Below are positions 1 to 11,725 of a stretch of 64,000 bases of DNA, one piece after another (positions within the stretch are counted from its first letter, which is position 1; every line of letters begins with the position of its first letter). The DNA comes from Raillietiella orientalis (lineage: Eukaryota). A model generated the notes under the pieces. That model had not been told where the DNA came from, ran no database searches, and saw only the letters and a program-made list of their open reading frames with translations. The stretch spans positions 124,001 through 188,000 of the forward strand of contig JAYWIR010000086.1 in NCBI GenBank assembly GCA_036172245.1, read 5' to 3'. The translations under genes and the position numbers were made by a program.

Positions 1-2478
1 TCGTTCGCGCTCCCCGCACCCGGAAGCACCGGCAAGGGAGCGCGCCCGGGGAGAACGCGGAGCAAACGGCGACCTTGTCCCGGTGTCGCCGCCTCGGGCG
101 AAGGCGGGGCGGCACGGTTTCGGGAACTTAATGGCGTTACATGGGGCGCTGGCGCCGGGACTCGGTCCCTTCTACCTGCCTTCCTTGTTTCGGCGTTCGG
201 GGAGAGGTGTTTCCCGGTCCGGGCCGCCGCGGCAGGCGGGCGGCCCGGACCTCGGAAGGACGGGAGGGAGGGGATCCAGCCGCAGGAAACTCGACCTTCT
301 GAGCCGGGAGTGCTCTTCAGGCTCGTAGGAGGAAAAGTCCTTGGGAGCTTTTCCTACTTCGAGTCTGAAGGTTTCCCCGCAAGAGCTCGGAGGCGTGGCT
401 GTCGGACGGACGGATGTGGTCCGTAGCAGCGGTGGCCAAGCACCCGTGTCCTCGGCGCGCGGGGCTCAGGTCGGGAGCACGGTGGTGGTTCCTGGATGCC
501 ACTAAAGCCGGAGTCGGATGAGGAGAACGCGTCGTCGTCGTCGTCTCCTGCTCCTTGCCCCCTCCCCCTCCTCTCGTTCCTTCTCGCCCGGAAGCGTCAG
601 CCGCGAGTGGAGTCGGGAAGATATTCCCGTCCCGCCGACGGATTCCCGCGGGCGCTCGCGACCCCACGGGGCGCCTGCCGAAGACTGAAGACCCACGAGT
701 GGTTTCCCCCGACTTTTTTTCCCTTCCGGGACGGGGACGGAGGGAAGGGAAGCATCTGTTCTGTTCCACGCAAAAGCTACTGGCAGGGTTGCGTAGGGCA
801 TCCGCGCTCACGATGGGGATCATTTCCCTGGAGCACCCTCGATTTGGAGGCATTCCTTCCCTCAGCCAATCACGTTCCCCGGTCCTACCACCACCTCCAC
901 CACCGTCGATGTGGAGCTTCCTCTCCGTCCCTCGCGTGCGCGCACGCGGAACGAAGGACGAAGACGCGTGCCGAGCTCTTCCTCCTAGCCAGCTCTGGGC
1001 TTTCCGCAGGCGCGGGTCGGGTTGGACCCCACTTGCCTCCCCTATTTCCCTTTCTCTTCGAACTTTCCTCGCCCTTGCTCGTCCCTCTTTCTCAAGTCGG
1101 GGGAGGAGCAAGCGAGCACCGAAACCGGAGCCGAGGCGGGGGAAAACTTCGTCTGCGCCTTTGGGGGGGGGGGGGCGCTCGCGGGGTTTCCAACATGCAA
1201 ATCACCACCATCAGATCACGGAACGATTTGGATGGTCGCCAACGGAAGGTGCCAGTGCCGGGAACCCCGAAGTATAAGAGATCATTGGAGAGACGAGAGG
1301 GATTCCTCCTCTGTTGCTTCTTTGTGCGTGTGTGCGCTTGCAGGGTGCGGAGCTGAGAAGAGAGCGGCATCGCAGACCGGGTTACTTTCGTATGTGTGTG
1401 TGTGGGGGGGGGGGTGAAGGAGAGAGAGTTGCCGGTTATGCAGCGATCGCTGTTGCCGTCACGGCGGCTGCCTGTGCGCACGCATGCCCTCGAGTGCCGA
1501 GCGAGTAGCCGTCACGTGATTGCAATCCCACCGCTTCCATCACGTAACGTAACCTCCCCCCCCCCCCACCCGTTTTCGGGTGCGGACAGCTCCCGAAAAC
1601 GAGTCTCCGAAACCGCGCACACCGTGCTGGCTCACGCCCCAGGATCTCCCTCTCGTTTCCTCCCCGTTACCCAGCGACACTGGGTCCGGACCCGAACGAT
1701 AGGACCTCTGCAGCCAATCGGTCGGGTTACCCGGCGGCCGGACGCGATGCTGCGATGCAGCTCCCGTTCCGACAGGGATGCGTACGGGAAGCAGGTCCCG
1801 CCCTTGCGAAAAGCTCCGGGGGGGAGGGGAACACTAGTTCCGGGGGTATGCAGCAATCCTTGGGGAGGGATACAACGGGAAGTCCCAGCATCCTTTGCGT
1901 GCGTTTCTCCCATTCGTTTCTCCCATGGAAGAGCTTCTCCCATCGGAAGGCAGGTTGGATCCGTGTCGCGTCGCTTCTCCCTCCTAGGGGTTAAGGAAAG
2001 GAACGGATGGGGCACGCAGTACCTGAATGCCGTTTCTTTATTAGTCTGAAGCACGTCAGATCTTGGGCCTCGTGGGCTGTTTCCGAGCAGCCAGCCGTTT
2101 GCTTCCGAGGAGGTCGGTCGGTTGTCGCCGGTTTCTCCGCTGAGCCAGCACGTCCTTCCCCCCAACTCCCTACGGATAGATAGGCGACGTCACGATGCAT
2201 AGACTGGCAAGATCCACCGCAGCAGCGGGGGGGAGGGGACAAACAGAAGGAAAAAGAAACAAAAATAAAAATAAAGAAATTTGAGGGGAGGGGGTGCGGG
2301 AAGGATCACGTTCGGCTGGGGGGCGGTCCTCTGCATCCTTCCGAGGATGGTGGCAAGCTCTTGCTGCATACTGTCCTTCATGTAGTCCTCAGGAGCAAAA
2401 AAAAGAAAGAAGAAAAAAAAGGTAGAAACCAAAAACCTTGATTTCTTTTTGTCACGTTTGATTCGCGATTGTCTCACC

Positions 2479-2521
<43 letters not shown>
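2479..2521. repeat. T24-A19 abutting homopolymers (self-complementary)
   Basis: Read directly from the sequence. Confidence 0.9.
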
Positions 2522-2524
<3 letters not shown>

Positions 2525-2825
2525 TGGATGCGAGACTCCCTCTTGGGAGTACTCAAAAGAGTTCAGGTCTACCACCCTTCTCCAGTGACCAGAATGGGAG
2601 ACTCGCGGGTGCCCGTGCGGCCTCACCGCACACCCAAAGCGAACCAGTCGTGGGGGAAGAAGCGGGGGGGGTACCCGCGTGTGACGCGACTACGAACCAG
2701 TCGAACCGGTCGCGAGATGCCCGGCGAAAGCAAAATGGCTTGGCTCTTCAGGCATTCCGAAACCCATTGCACAGATGCACTCTGAAGTGGAAACTCCTTG
2801 ATACCCACCCACTTTCGTTTTCCAG

Positions 2826-3782
2826 ATGACTGTTCAGCCGCACGTACTGACGCTACAGCCATGTGCCGTTGATGCCGAAGATCCATCAGCTTCGACCGCA
2901 GCTCATAAAAACGTCGACAGTTCGATTACCGAGGAATCCAGGAGTGAACTTGTTGAAGCCTGCCAGCAGCTACCGTCGGTTTTATCTCAGTTATCCCTCA
3001 ACGATTGCGGAAGCGTGGCTCATGTTGTGCAGGAGGAGAAGTACGAAAGTATCAGCCACGGCAAGGACTCGAAAGTCGACGAAAAGGAATCGAATGAACC
3101 CTTCATATGGAAACGAAGCAAATCTCTGAAAACCGGAAAGACTCCTCCAGACACACCTGGAAGAAAGAAAATCGTGCGCTTTGCCGACGTGCTGGGATTA
3201 GACCTCGAAAACGTGAGAACGTTTCTCGACGAAGTTCCCAACGTCCCTCAGTCGGCGTTCAGTGATTTGAGGGATGTTTCTCCGGAAAGCGATTCCTTCG
3301 GGCTGAAACATTCAAGTTCCGCCAGGAACAGTCGCAACTCCGGGAAAACCCTCATAGCCATGTTTCAGCAACCAGCAGGGACTCCCAATTTCATAGGCAG
3401 AGTGCAAAGTCAGAAAGTGTGTCTGGAAAATGCTGTGATGATAAGTGATATGGTGATTAAAGGCGTGGTCCGAGTACTGAATATGGACTTTAGCAAGTCG
3501 GTGTTCATACGGTATACGTTAAACGAATGGAAGACGTATTTTGACTTGCACTGCAGTTACGTGCCCAACTCGTGTGACGGCTTTTCAGATAAATTTCAAT
3601 TTACCATCTACTCCGCACATTATCTGGAACCAGGAGAGAGGCTCTTATTTGCTGTTTGTTATCAGACTACAGGAAAACAATTCTGGGATAATAATTTTAA
3701 TCAGAATTACTGTTTTCAGTGTTTTTCTAATAGTGCTGTGACGACTCCTATGAATAGCCTGCAGTTGTTGGGCTCTTATTGA
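2826..3782 (+). CDS. PPP1R3: Protein phosphatase 1 regulatory (glycogen-targeting) subunit, PPP1R3/Gbs-76A family; single large coding exon, possibly with upstream exon(s)
   Basis: The 318-aa ORF has an RVxF PP1-docking motif (RKKIVRFADVLGLDL), followed by a CBM21-type glycogen-binding domain (VCLENA...GVVRVLNMDFSKSVFIRYTLNEW...FAVCY...WDNNFNQNY). The ATG sits directly after a strong acceptor (tttcgttttccag|ATG), so a 5' exon or trans-spliced leader is likely. Confidence 0.9.
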   Translation: MTVQPHVLTLQPCAVDAEDPSASTAAHKNVDSSITEESRSELVEACQQLPSVLSQLSLNDCGSVAHVVQEEKYESISHGKDSKVDEKESNEPFIWKRSKSLKTGKTPPDTPGRKKIVRFADVLGLDLENVRTFLDEVPNVPQSAFSDLRDVSPESDSFGLKHSSSARNSRNSGKTLIAMFQQPAGTPNFIGRVQSQKVCLENAVMISDMVIKGVVRVLNMDFSKSVFIRYTLNEWKTYFDLHCSYVPNSCDGFSDKFQFTIYSAHYLEPGERLLFAVCYQTTGKQFWDNNFNQNYCFQCFSNSAVTTPMNSLQLLGSY

Positions 3783-4281
3783 TGAGCGCGATTGCATGTT
3801 CACTAACAGCACCTACAAGCCATTTTGTGCTGATTCTTGACTGTTGTATGAAGTAATTATAAAGGCTTAGTTTTTGATATTCGCAGCATTTCTTCATTGC
3901 AACAGTGGACATCATAGGCGCATCCTTTCATTCAGCTGGCCTTCCTTCATTTCGGAAGGAACAAGGAACAGAGGAGCATACAACAAGGCTGTGCGTCCCA
4001 CAGCCACACTAGGTCTTCCTGCAGGCGAGTCCCCAGCTACAGTCCTGTCATTTCCTAATGACAACTTGCGTCAATGACTCCTAGCGCTCCTTTACAAAAT
4101 CATTCATATATTTATAATATAAAATCATTTTTACAAATGTGTCTTTATAAATGAAATACAAATCACATAAGTATAGAAACTAATGTCCGATGACAAAATT
4201 AAATAGAACAAAAACACGTGTTGTTTTGCTCTGCCTTGAAAATATGCTGTGGAGAAAGGGACAAAAAACGTACACATGAAT

Positions 4282-7200
4282 TCACAGAACTAAATGATTC
4301 CATTTTCTCTTGGTAGGTGGTAAAGTAGCATCAGTGTAGCCTGAAAGCTTTCTCTTCTTTTGAACTTCAACGAATTCCTCGATAATCACATCTAATAGAC
4401 ACTGCAATGTAAGCCACAGAATGTTTGACTTTACCCTGTTCCTCTTCCAGCAATGCATTGGATCCATTAACTTCTGTCTGGTGGATGCTAGGCTCTGCAA
4501 CATTGCCTACAAGCTCAAAGGCGCTTTCTTCCACCAAATTGTCTGTGTGAAGCACAGTCAACCATATCTGATAGTTCTGTAAGAAGTCATCACACTTGAG
4601 TATGGTGCCATCATATACATGCAGCTCCTGTAACGCATTCACAAAACTAATTGCGATTTCTTGGCAACCTGCAGAGTTTTGACTTCATTCTCCTCTGTTT
4701 CACCTGGTTCGCTGGACAAAATAATCGTCCCTTTGCCATCCTCAAGTTCCACATCAGGTGCTAGCATGTGCAGTGCAGCTTTGAGGACATAATCACAAAA
4801 ATTTTTCAGCATCATTTTCTTCACGTTAAGTTTAACTGAGATCTACTTCCCATTTGCAGTGCACTGTTTGATGAAAAACCTACCTCAGGTCGTTCACTGC
4901 ATACATGGCAGTGTGGATTAGGAAGAGCTGGTCTCTCACTGGCAATCAACTTCCTTGCAATTGGCTCTTTGTTCAGATAACTCTACAACAACACCAAATA
5001 AACACCCAAGTATGAAATCTGCAACTTACGTTGCGTGTCTGCTGCCACAGTCCTCCTAAGATTTTTGCTGCTTCCACCACTAAAAGGCCAGCTATAACTG
5101 CATTAGTACTAGCAATGGCTGGAATGATGTTGCCAGCCATGGCTGATTGTGATGATACAACATGTCATCACCAACATAATAATGACTGCTCACATTTGGT
5201 GTCAAATCGACTGTGCTGAGGAATTCCAAAAATATGTGCACGTATGTTGCTACATGCTGTAACAAAATTCATGGCAGCAGTATCCTCCTTATCCCACTGC
5301 AGTGGTACTCCTGATGGCAAGCCTTGAAGACGGCTCCAGAGAATGCAAAGGCTCTCATGAAAATGCTGAGCGCATTCTTTGATGCTCCAAATCATCTGAT
5401 CCGCGATCACATCAGCATCGTGTGATCGGCTGCTTCCAGGGACTACCAAGAAAGTAATACACACTGATACACATCACTAACCAGTATCAGGCAACTCTTC
5501 CAATTTCAATGGCACAGGAGGGCGACGATTCCTCCACAATCGATCCATGGCTAACAAATAATGGATGTCTTCCCAGAAGAACTTATGAAATAAAGAAGAG
5601 CTATCATAATGGACTGATTGAGCCCAAAGCCTTGTGGACTGCCTTGAGACATTTCCAGATGGCTGATCTGAAATCCTCAATGTAGATTCCTCTTAACCAT
5701 TATTCTACCAGTGTTTGCAGCAGCTTCTGGATCAGCTAAATCTGGTGACACATCCTTATCTGCATCTTCTTCCCCAAATAATTGGCTGCAAAATCCTTCA
5801 TTTAGTGGCAAACAGATCTTAGACATCTTACTTGAATAGGTGTTTGGCCCACACTACACAATGAATAGGTTCTGAGGGTGTGTTGCGAATAGTGCAACCT
5901 GGAAAATGGCGCTGTGGTGCTTTGGGAGTGCACTCGTAGCATTCGCTTTGTTTCTTTCGGATTACTGTTACTTGACCAATGTAACCAGCAGAACCACTTT
6001 CTAACAATGGCACATCAGCAGCAAGGCACATTCTATTGACATGACTCCGAGCACTTCGATTATCAAGAGCACTAATTACAAGATCATACTTCTGGAAAAA
6101 CGTCACTCCATAATCTGGTCTGATGAAACAATAAAATTCAAGGAACAACAAGGCAAATTTCACCTAGTAATGCTATCATGAAATGCTGTTAAATTGATGT
6201 TTGGTTTGAATTTCAAAATAGTTTCTTTTGCCACTAAAGCTTTAGACTTTCCAATGTGCTGCTTTTGAAACAGAAACTGTCTGTTCAAATTGCTCAATTC
6301 AATGGTATCTAGGTCAATCTAAAATAAAAACAAATGAAATAGGCTCCAGCTGTAACCATAAATCATTCCATGTATGTTTAATTACACTATTTTGCTAGAT
6401 TTTTCACAATACACATACACATCAATCCACGTTTTTCTCAATTGCTAAACAGAATCCTTTCTAATCAAATAATATGAGAAAATGCATTTATAACAACAAA
6501 ACAGAATCTCAGGACTCACAAAAAATGCCATACATTACATAACTGGACCACTATATGCACAAGAACAGTCACTAAGAATAAAGAAAACACGAAACCATAA
6601 ATTTGAATCAAGATGCTATAATTACAAAAATTGTGAAGTTTCCAATGTAACTGAAAAACTGTGATAAAACCGCAATCTACCTATCTATTTATTTATTTTA
6701 AAGCTCACATGATCCAGTTTATTTCAGCATTCCATGTCACTGAAGCAGTCCTACAAGGTAAGCTTTCTTCCTGTACATGTCAATGATCATTAGTTTAAAT
6801 GCATTTTAATTTTTTTCTTTTGATTTTAGAAATTTTTACCACCACTTCTAGTGAAAGAATCCTTTTGCACTCCTGTCAGTAACATGCAACAAATATTTTC
6901 TTAGGTGGCCGATCAAACAGAATTACAAAAGTCAGAAACTATTGTAAAATCAGTATTACTATTAATCAGCACACAAAAAAAGCACTAAATCAATTATGCA
7001 TGAAAAATGAAAAAAAGCCAAATTCAACAAGAAAAATATAATACCTACCTTTGAATGGCTAAGCCAACTAAAAATTGATATGCACTTTTTGAGAATATAT
7101 TATAGTGGAAATAAAAATTGGCTACATCAGGATTCTTACTTGGTAAGAAGACTGAAGAAGCTTCTTACCAAGTAAAAGGACTGATGACTTATGTGCACAA

Positions 7201-8123
7201 ATTTCAAGCACATATGTTTGATTGACATAATTTGCATATACTTCAAAGATATCACAGCTTTCACACAAGTTTCTAATGTTTGAATTTTTCCATGCCCATG
7301 TAGCAATCCCATTAAACAGTTTTTTTAAAAATTCAGTTTACTGACTCGAGCTGATCACATTCAATCCTCCATTACAAGATACATTCCACTTATCTACTGT
7401 TACTTCAAAACTGAAAAAACTAGAAAGCACTACGATTCAAGAGTGAACCATGATATACACACTTATCATGTAATCACGATTTCATTCACATTATTAGATA
7501 TGCAATTAAGAGTTCAAAGTGAATTCTGATCAAAATTTTTTTCCAATTCAGCAATGTTTTTAGAACCTACATAACAAATGCTAAACATGCATGTCATTTG
7601 AAATACGAAAGTTATTCTAAACAACTCACATCCCTGGACAAACTTCATCAAAACATGATTTTGACACATGAAATTTATACTACTTTGCCAAAAAAAGAAA
7701 TCATGCTCACGTTCAAGTAATTAATTTAAAGCATTCAGAAACTCATAAGGTGATTTTCGAAAAGAAGATACGGAATTCAAGTCCAACAGCAAACTTTAAA
7801 TTATATCATTTTCAGTAAAAACCAATTTCTGTAACTGCAGCATGAAACAAACTGATATTCCGTAAGTTGAAATGTGCATTAAATGCTTTCAGGAATATTT
7901 TTAAAAAACTTGATGAAAACATTCCATTGAGAAACTGCTTATATTTAATATCAATGTTGTAAATGACACTCACAATATCAATATTCTGAAATCCACTGAA
8001 TGCCAAGTTTTTCAAGACTTCACAGCCTATGCCACCAGTACCCACAACTAGAACCTTTGATTTCTGTAATGAACTTAATGTGCCTTCAGAAAATGGGACA
8101 CCGAAAACTTGTGCAGAATGCAT
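4282..8123 (-). CDS. UBA2: SUMO-activating enzyme subunit 2 (UBA2/SAE2); 11 exons: 8123-7974, 6318-6164, 6119-5832, 5785-5709, 5667-5482, 5442-5194, 5142-5030, 4982-4884, 4842-4669, 4627-4435, 4391-4282
   Basis: The spliced translation gives [17 protein letters not shown] (nucleotide-binding), [21 protein letters not shown], Zn ligands CYEC and CHVC, the catalytic Cys in [45 protein letters not shown] and a basic C-terminal NLS-like stretch (KKRK). The introns are GT-AG with compatible phases at the junctions I read. Confidence 0.95.
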
Positions 8124-9217
8124 CTTTAACCTGAAATCAGATTACATCCTTTTATGATGGAATTCGGAAAGGGATTACGAAATTCCTACATGGCGATTAT
8201 ATTGATAATGAATCAAACACTGCAAAGTGTAGCAATAGTCTGTCTTTCTACAATAAATCTGACAGACTTTAAAGTATATAAATATTTAAAATGAAAATTC
8301 AAACATGAAATGTGCGAAATGAATTTATTTTGATCTAAAGTGTAAAATAATATGGAAAGTGCAACCAGCAAATTTGCTCTATAAATTGCAATGTCGTTAA
8401 ATAGCGTACAAAAAATTTGAATTTCGACATTGGAAACCATTGTACTCATATAAATGGTTTGCCGTTTTCATACTGCTGTTCACTTATTACTTTTACTTTT
8501 TACTCACATTACGTTTCCATGATAACAATGGAACTCAAACACTAGAAACCTCCAGTTCCATTACGTAGAAATTGCCAACAACACTTTGCTCGAAAGCAAT
8601 TTTCTTAAAAACGGTTATTAACATTGGACTTCCTGACGGTATCAGTAGGTATTTATATGGAAAGCACCTTAAATATGAGAACGACGTATAATTTTTATAC
8701 ATGTATTTACTAAAATTGCTAATTTCTGAATACAATTTTGAAATATAATATATGTAAAACCCTTTGATATATTCCAAACCCTCTTAAAGCATAATTCAAA
8801 AGTATCATATTTTCATAAAAAGGCACATGAGAATAAAAAAATAAGCATAAAAAAGAATATGGAAATGAAAATAAAATAAAAAATATAAATTTTATTCTTG
8901 AGAATACATGATGCTTGTTTGGAGTTCAGGGTTTTCTATAATTTTATGATTATTGTGTATGCTGCAACACACGTTGCTATTCCATAACGATATTCGACGT
9001 GTTGTAGCAATATTTTTTTGGAAATTTCTGGCTTTTAACTCCCATAAGGTGAGCTGTAGAATCTTCCTAAGACGTGAATGTACTGGAAAAAAAAATGTTT
9101 TCCCTACGTTGCCGAGGGTATTCTAGAGTGCACAGCTGATAGAACTAATTTGACTTTCAACATTTCGAGATGATGAACAATTTCCCCTTAAAATTAGCAA
9201 AAAATAGGTAAATTGCT

Positions 9218-10148
9218 CCCTCTGATAAAATTAAAAATATGCCCGCTTCGCAGGTCACGTGGTTGCAGTCTCTGCGCGTGACGTAGCGGGGGTTCGAATA
9301 CTCGGAAAGGATCGGCGCCCGATAGATGGGGAGGGGGGGTGCGTCGTGGGTTTGAGTTCCTTCCGCGAGATGACGCCGGTTGGCTTCATTCGGATGCAGC
9401 CGCACCCGTAGCGATTCAAACCGGATGTCCCGATGGGTGGCCGGAATTGGGAGTCGACCCTCCGGAGTCCTTCCAGGAACTGTATCAGAGGAGTCCCTTC
9501 GGGGTCACCCTCCAGTTGTGCAAAGGAGCGCCCTCCCCTCCCCCCCGGAGGATGAGGGGAGGAACCTCCGTCTCGTACCATGGAGCCGGTGGATTGCTGA
9601 TGCCTCTCCAGAGTGCGTTAAGCGTGCCGCTCCCTTCGGGGATGCCCTTCTGAGAAATTTCGGAAACGTCCTTTCGAGATTCTCTTCGGAGGAGTAAACA
9701 GGAGCGGTTCCTTTGCGAGTACTTCTCGGAGAAGAAAAATGGGGCGGATCCCTTGGGAGAAAATAGGGAAGGAGATTCCCTTCGGGGTTCCCTTCGGAAA
9801 CAACCAGGGTAGAGGGTTCCCTTCGGGGATCCTTCCCCAGGCGTGAGAGGGGACTGACTCCCTTCTCTGAACTCCTTCCTGGATTCATAGGGTGGTCCCC
9901 TCTCCGGGTACTCCCTACCTTGAAGAATTACATACACCGTCGGGCGGCATGGAACAGCATTGAAGAGCAGCGTGAGCCGCCACCAAAGGCGCGACGGTTA
10001 TTGAGTTACCTGGTGAACCGAGAAAAAAAAAAAAAACGAAAACCTGAAAGAGCGAGCTGGAAGGAAAAACAGAGAATACAGAAAAGGAGCCCTAAAAGGA
10101 TCCATCAGCCAATTATAAATATCCAATATTTATAATTTTATCAGAGGG
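9218..10148. mobile_element. Putative non-autonomous TIR element (MITE/piggyBac-like CCC...GGG ends), or an inverted-repeat-bounded CpG island
   Basis: Left 9218-9240 ccctctgataaaattaaaaatat and right 10126-10148 atatttataattttatcagaggg are inverted repeats matching at 22 of 23 positions. They enclose an abrupt GC/CpG-rich island in AT-rich DNA. There is no clean target-site duplication (flanks tgct / ttag) and no transposase ORF. Confidence 0.45.
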
Positions 10149-11079
10149 TTAGAAAAATTCATGGAGAATGATTAAAAAAACAGGAAGAACGAAAGGATAA
10201 ATGCACTATATAAGCTCAGGAAACAGGTAATCGTGTATTTGAATGATCGAAACGAATTAGCTGAGATAGATATTTCAGCTGATTCGTTTCGATACTTGAG
10301 GCAAGACTATGATGTACTGGATCCAAATGAACACGAAAATACTTCCATTACTTGAAGGTAGTCCAAATGATGCACAATGCTCTGTTATACAATAAAACGA
10401 AACTTTTCATAGTAGTGAAGTGTATTCACGTAGGTATTTCTTAACATCCTCAATGTACTCTGGTTACTGAAGGTGAATACGATCAGCTGCTTTGAACAAA
10501 ATTATGGCAGCAATCTACTGCAACAATCTACTGGTGCAGCATGGGATGTAAAGTATTTTGTGTATAATTTACCACAGATATTTTGGAAAAGTAGAACGAG
10601 GTGTAGATTGGGGTCAAACTAAAAACTCTAACCAGCCATGAAAGAGAATAGTGTTTAGAACTGATAGAGAAATTCAAGGCAAAGAAAATGAAGAATAAAT
10701 GTGAAGGAGTTTTACTTAGTGAAATTGAAGAAGTCAGAAATATAAATAAATGAAGTGATACAGAATTACGTAAAACAAGGCTACATCTCTAGCTAAAAAC
10801 AGAAAGCTGTTTCAGCTGTTTCTCTGTGAGCTAATTTAATTTCAAGATTAAGTGCAAATATAAAAGATTAGATCAATGAATTTATGGCAACAATGTGTAA
10901 ATAAATATCAGTGATGATTGGGAGATTTGAATTCTACAAAATATATTTTGTATTTTCAAAAGTTTTTTCTGATGCATATATTCTATTCTAAAGAGTTTGT
11001 CCTATTAATACGAAATTATATTCATGTTACGCTGTCTTGGTAACCATGTAATCCCAAGGCATTTTCGTCGGCTGTCAGC

Positions 11080-11475
11080 ATGAATTGGAAATGCATGCAG
11101 CCGCTGGTGGTGGTCAAACAATTTTTCCAGTTAAAAAATTTTGTTTCGTGTCACAACGAACGGAAGCATTTGCACAGTTGTTTTTCATTTATCAAAGTAC
11201 CATCTCTTTTACAAGTGAATTCTGATACCTTGTTCGTTCAAAGTAGAAGTATGAAGTACAAGAGAGTGTTGCACAAAAGATGCCCTGATTGCTATTTCGT
11301 TACGAGATCAAATGTGAAGTATGTTATGTGTAAGACTCACCCTCGCCATAAACAAGCTCAGTTGACCTACAAGGAAAAAGACATTCAGATAATTACGCAT
11401 ACAACTCAAGGACCTTTTAAATATCCGTACTGGTGGATAAATCATACAATTAAAGGACCCAAACGAGTTTTATGA
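11080..11475 (+). CDS. MRPL36: Mitochondrial ribosomal protein bL36m (MRPL36) with N-terminal presequence
   Basis: MKYKRVLHKRCPDCYFVTRSNVKYVMCKTHPRHKQAQ is an L36 zinc-ribbon signature (CxxC...C..H, HKQxQ). It follows a ~57-aa acid-poor leader. The exact start codon is uncertain. Confidence 0.88.
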   Translation: MNWKCMQPLVVVKQFFQLKNFVSCHNERKHLHSCFSFIKVPSLLQVNSDTLFVQSRSMKYKRVLHKRCPDCYFVTRSNVKYVMCKTHPRHKQAQLTYKEKDIQIITHTTQGPFKYPYWWINHTIKGPKRVL

Positions 11476-11725
11476 AAATTTAGTTTCAGCCTGTACATGT
11501 ACATAAATCCAAATGCGAAATGTGATTGAAATGTGATTCTGCATGTGTTTGTAGTAATTGTAATGATTAAACTTATCCATTTTTGCCAATATTGTTAATT
11601 TGCTGTTTTATTAAATATTGTTTACTGATTTTAGTGAGTGAAGTAGAGATCATAGTCTTTTATAAATTAATTAAAAAAGTTTGATTATATTGGAATGAGC
11701 ATTTAATAAATTTGTAGAAGGAGAT

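Noticed and set aside
2479..2521. T24-A19 palindrome as a terminator or retroposon tail
   Set aside because: Long A/T homopolymers are common throughout the window, and there is no target-site duplication or associated element.
83..2800. Overlapping ORFs upstream of PPP1R3, including the 286-aa ORF at 496-1356
   Set aside because: No recognisable motifs and no confident splice link to the 2826 exon. An upstream PPP1R3 exon here is possible but not supported.
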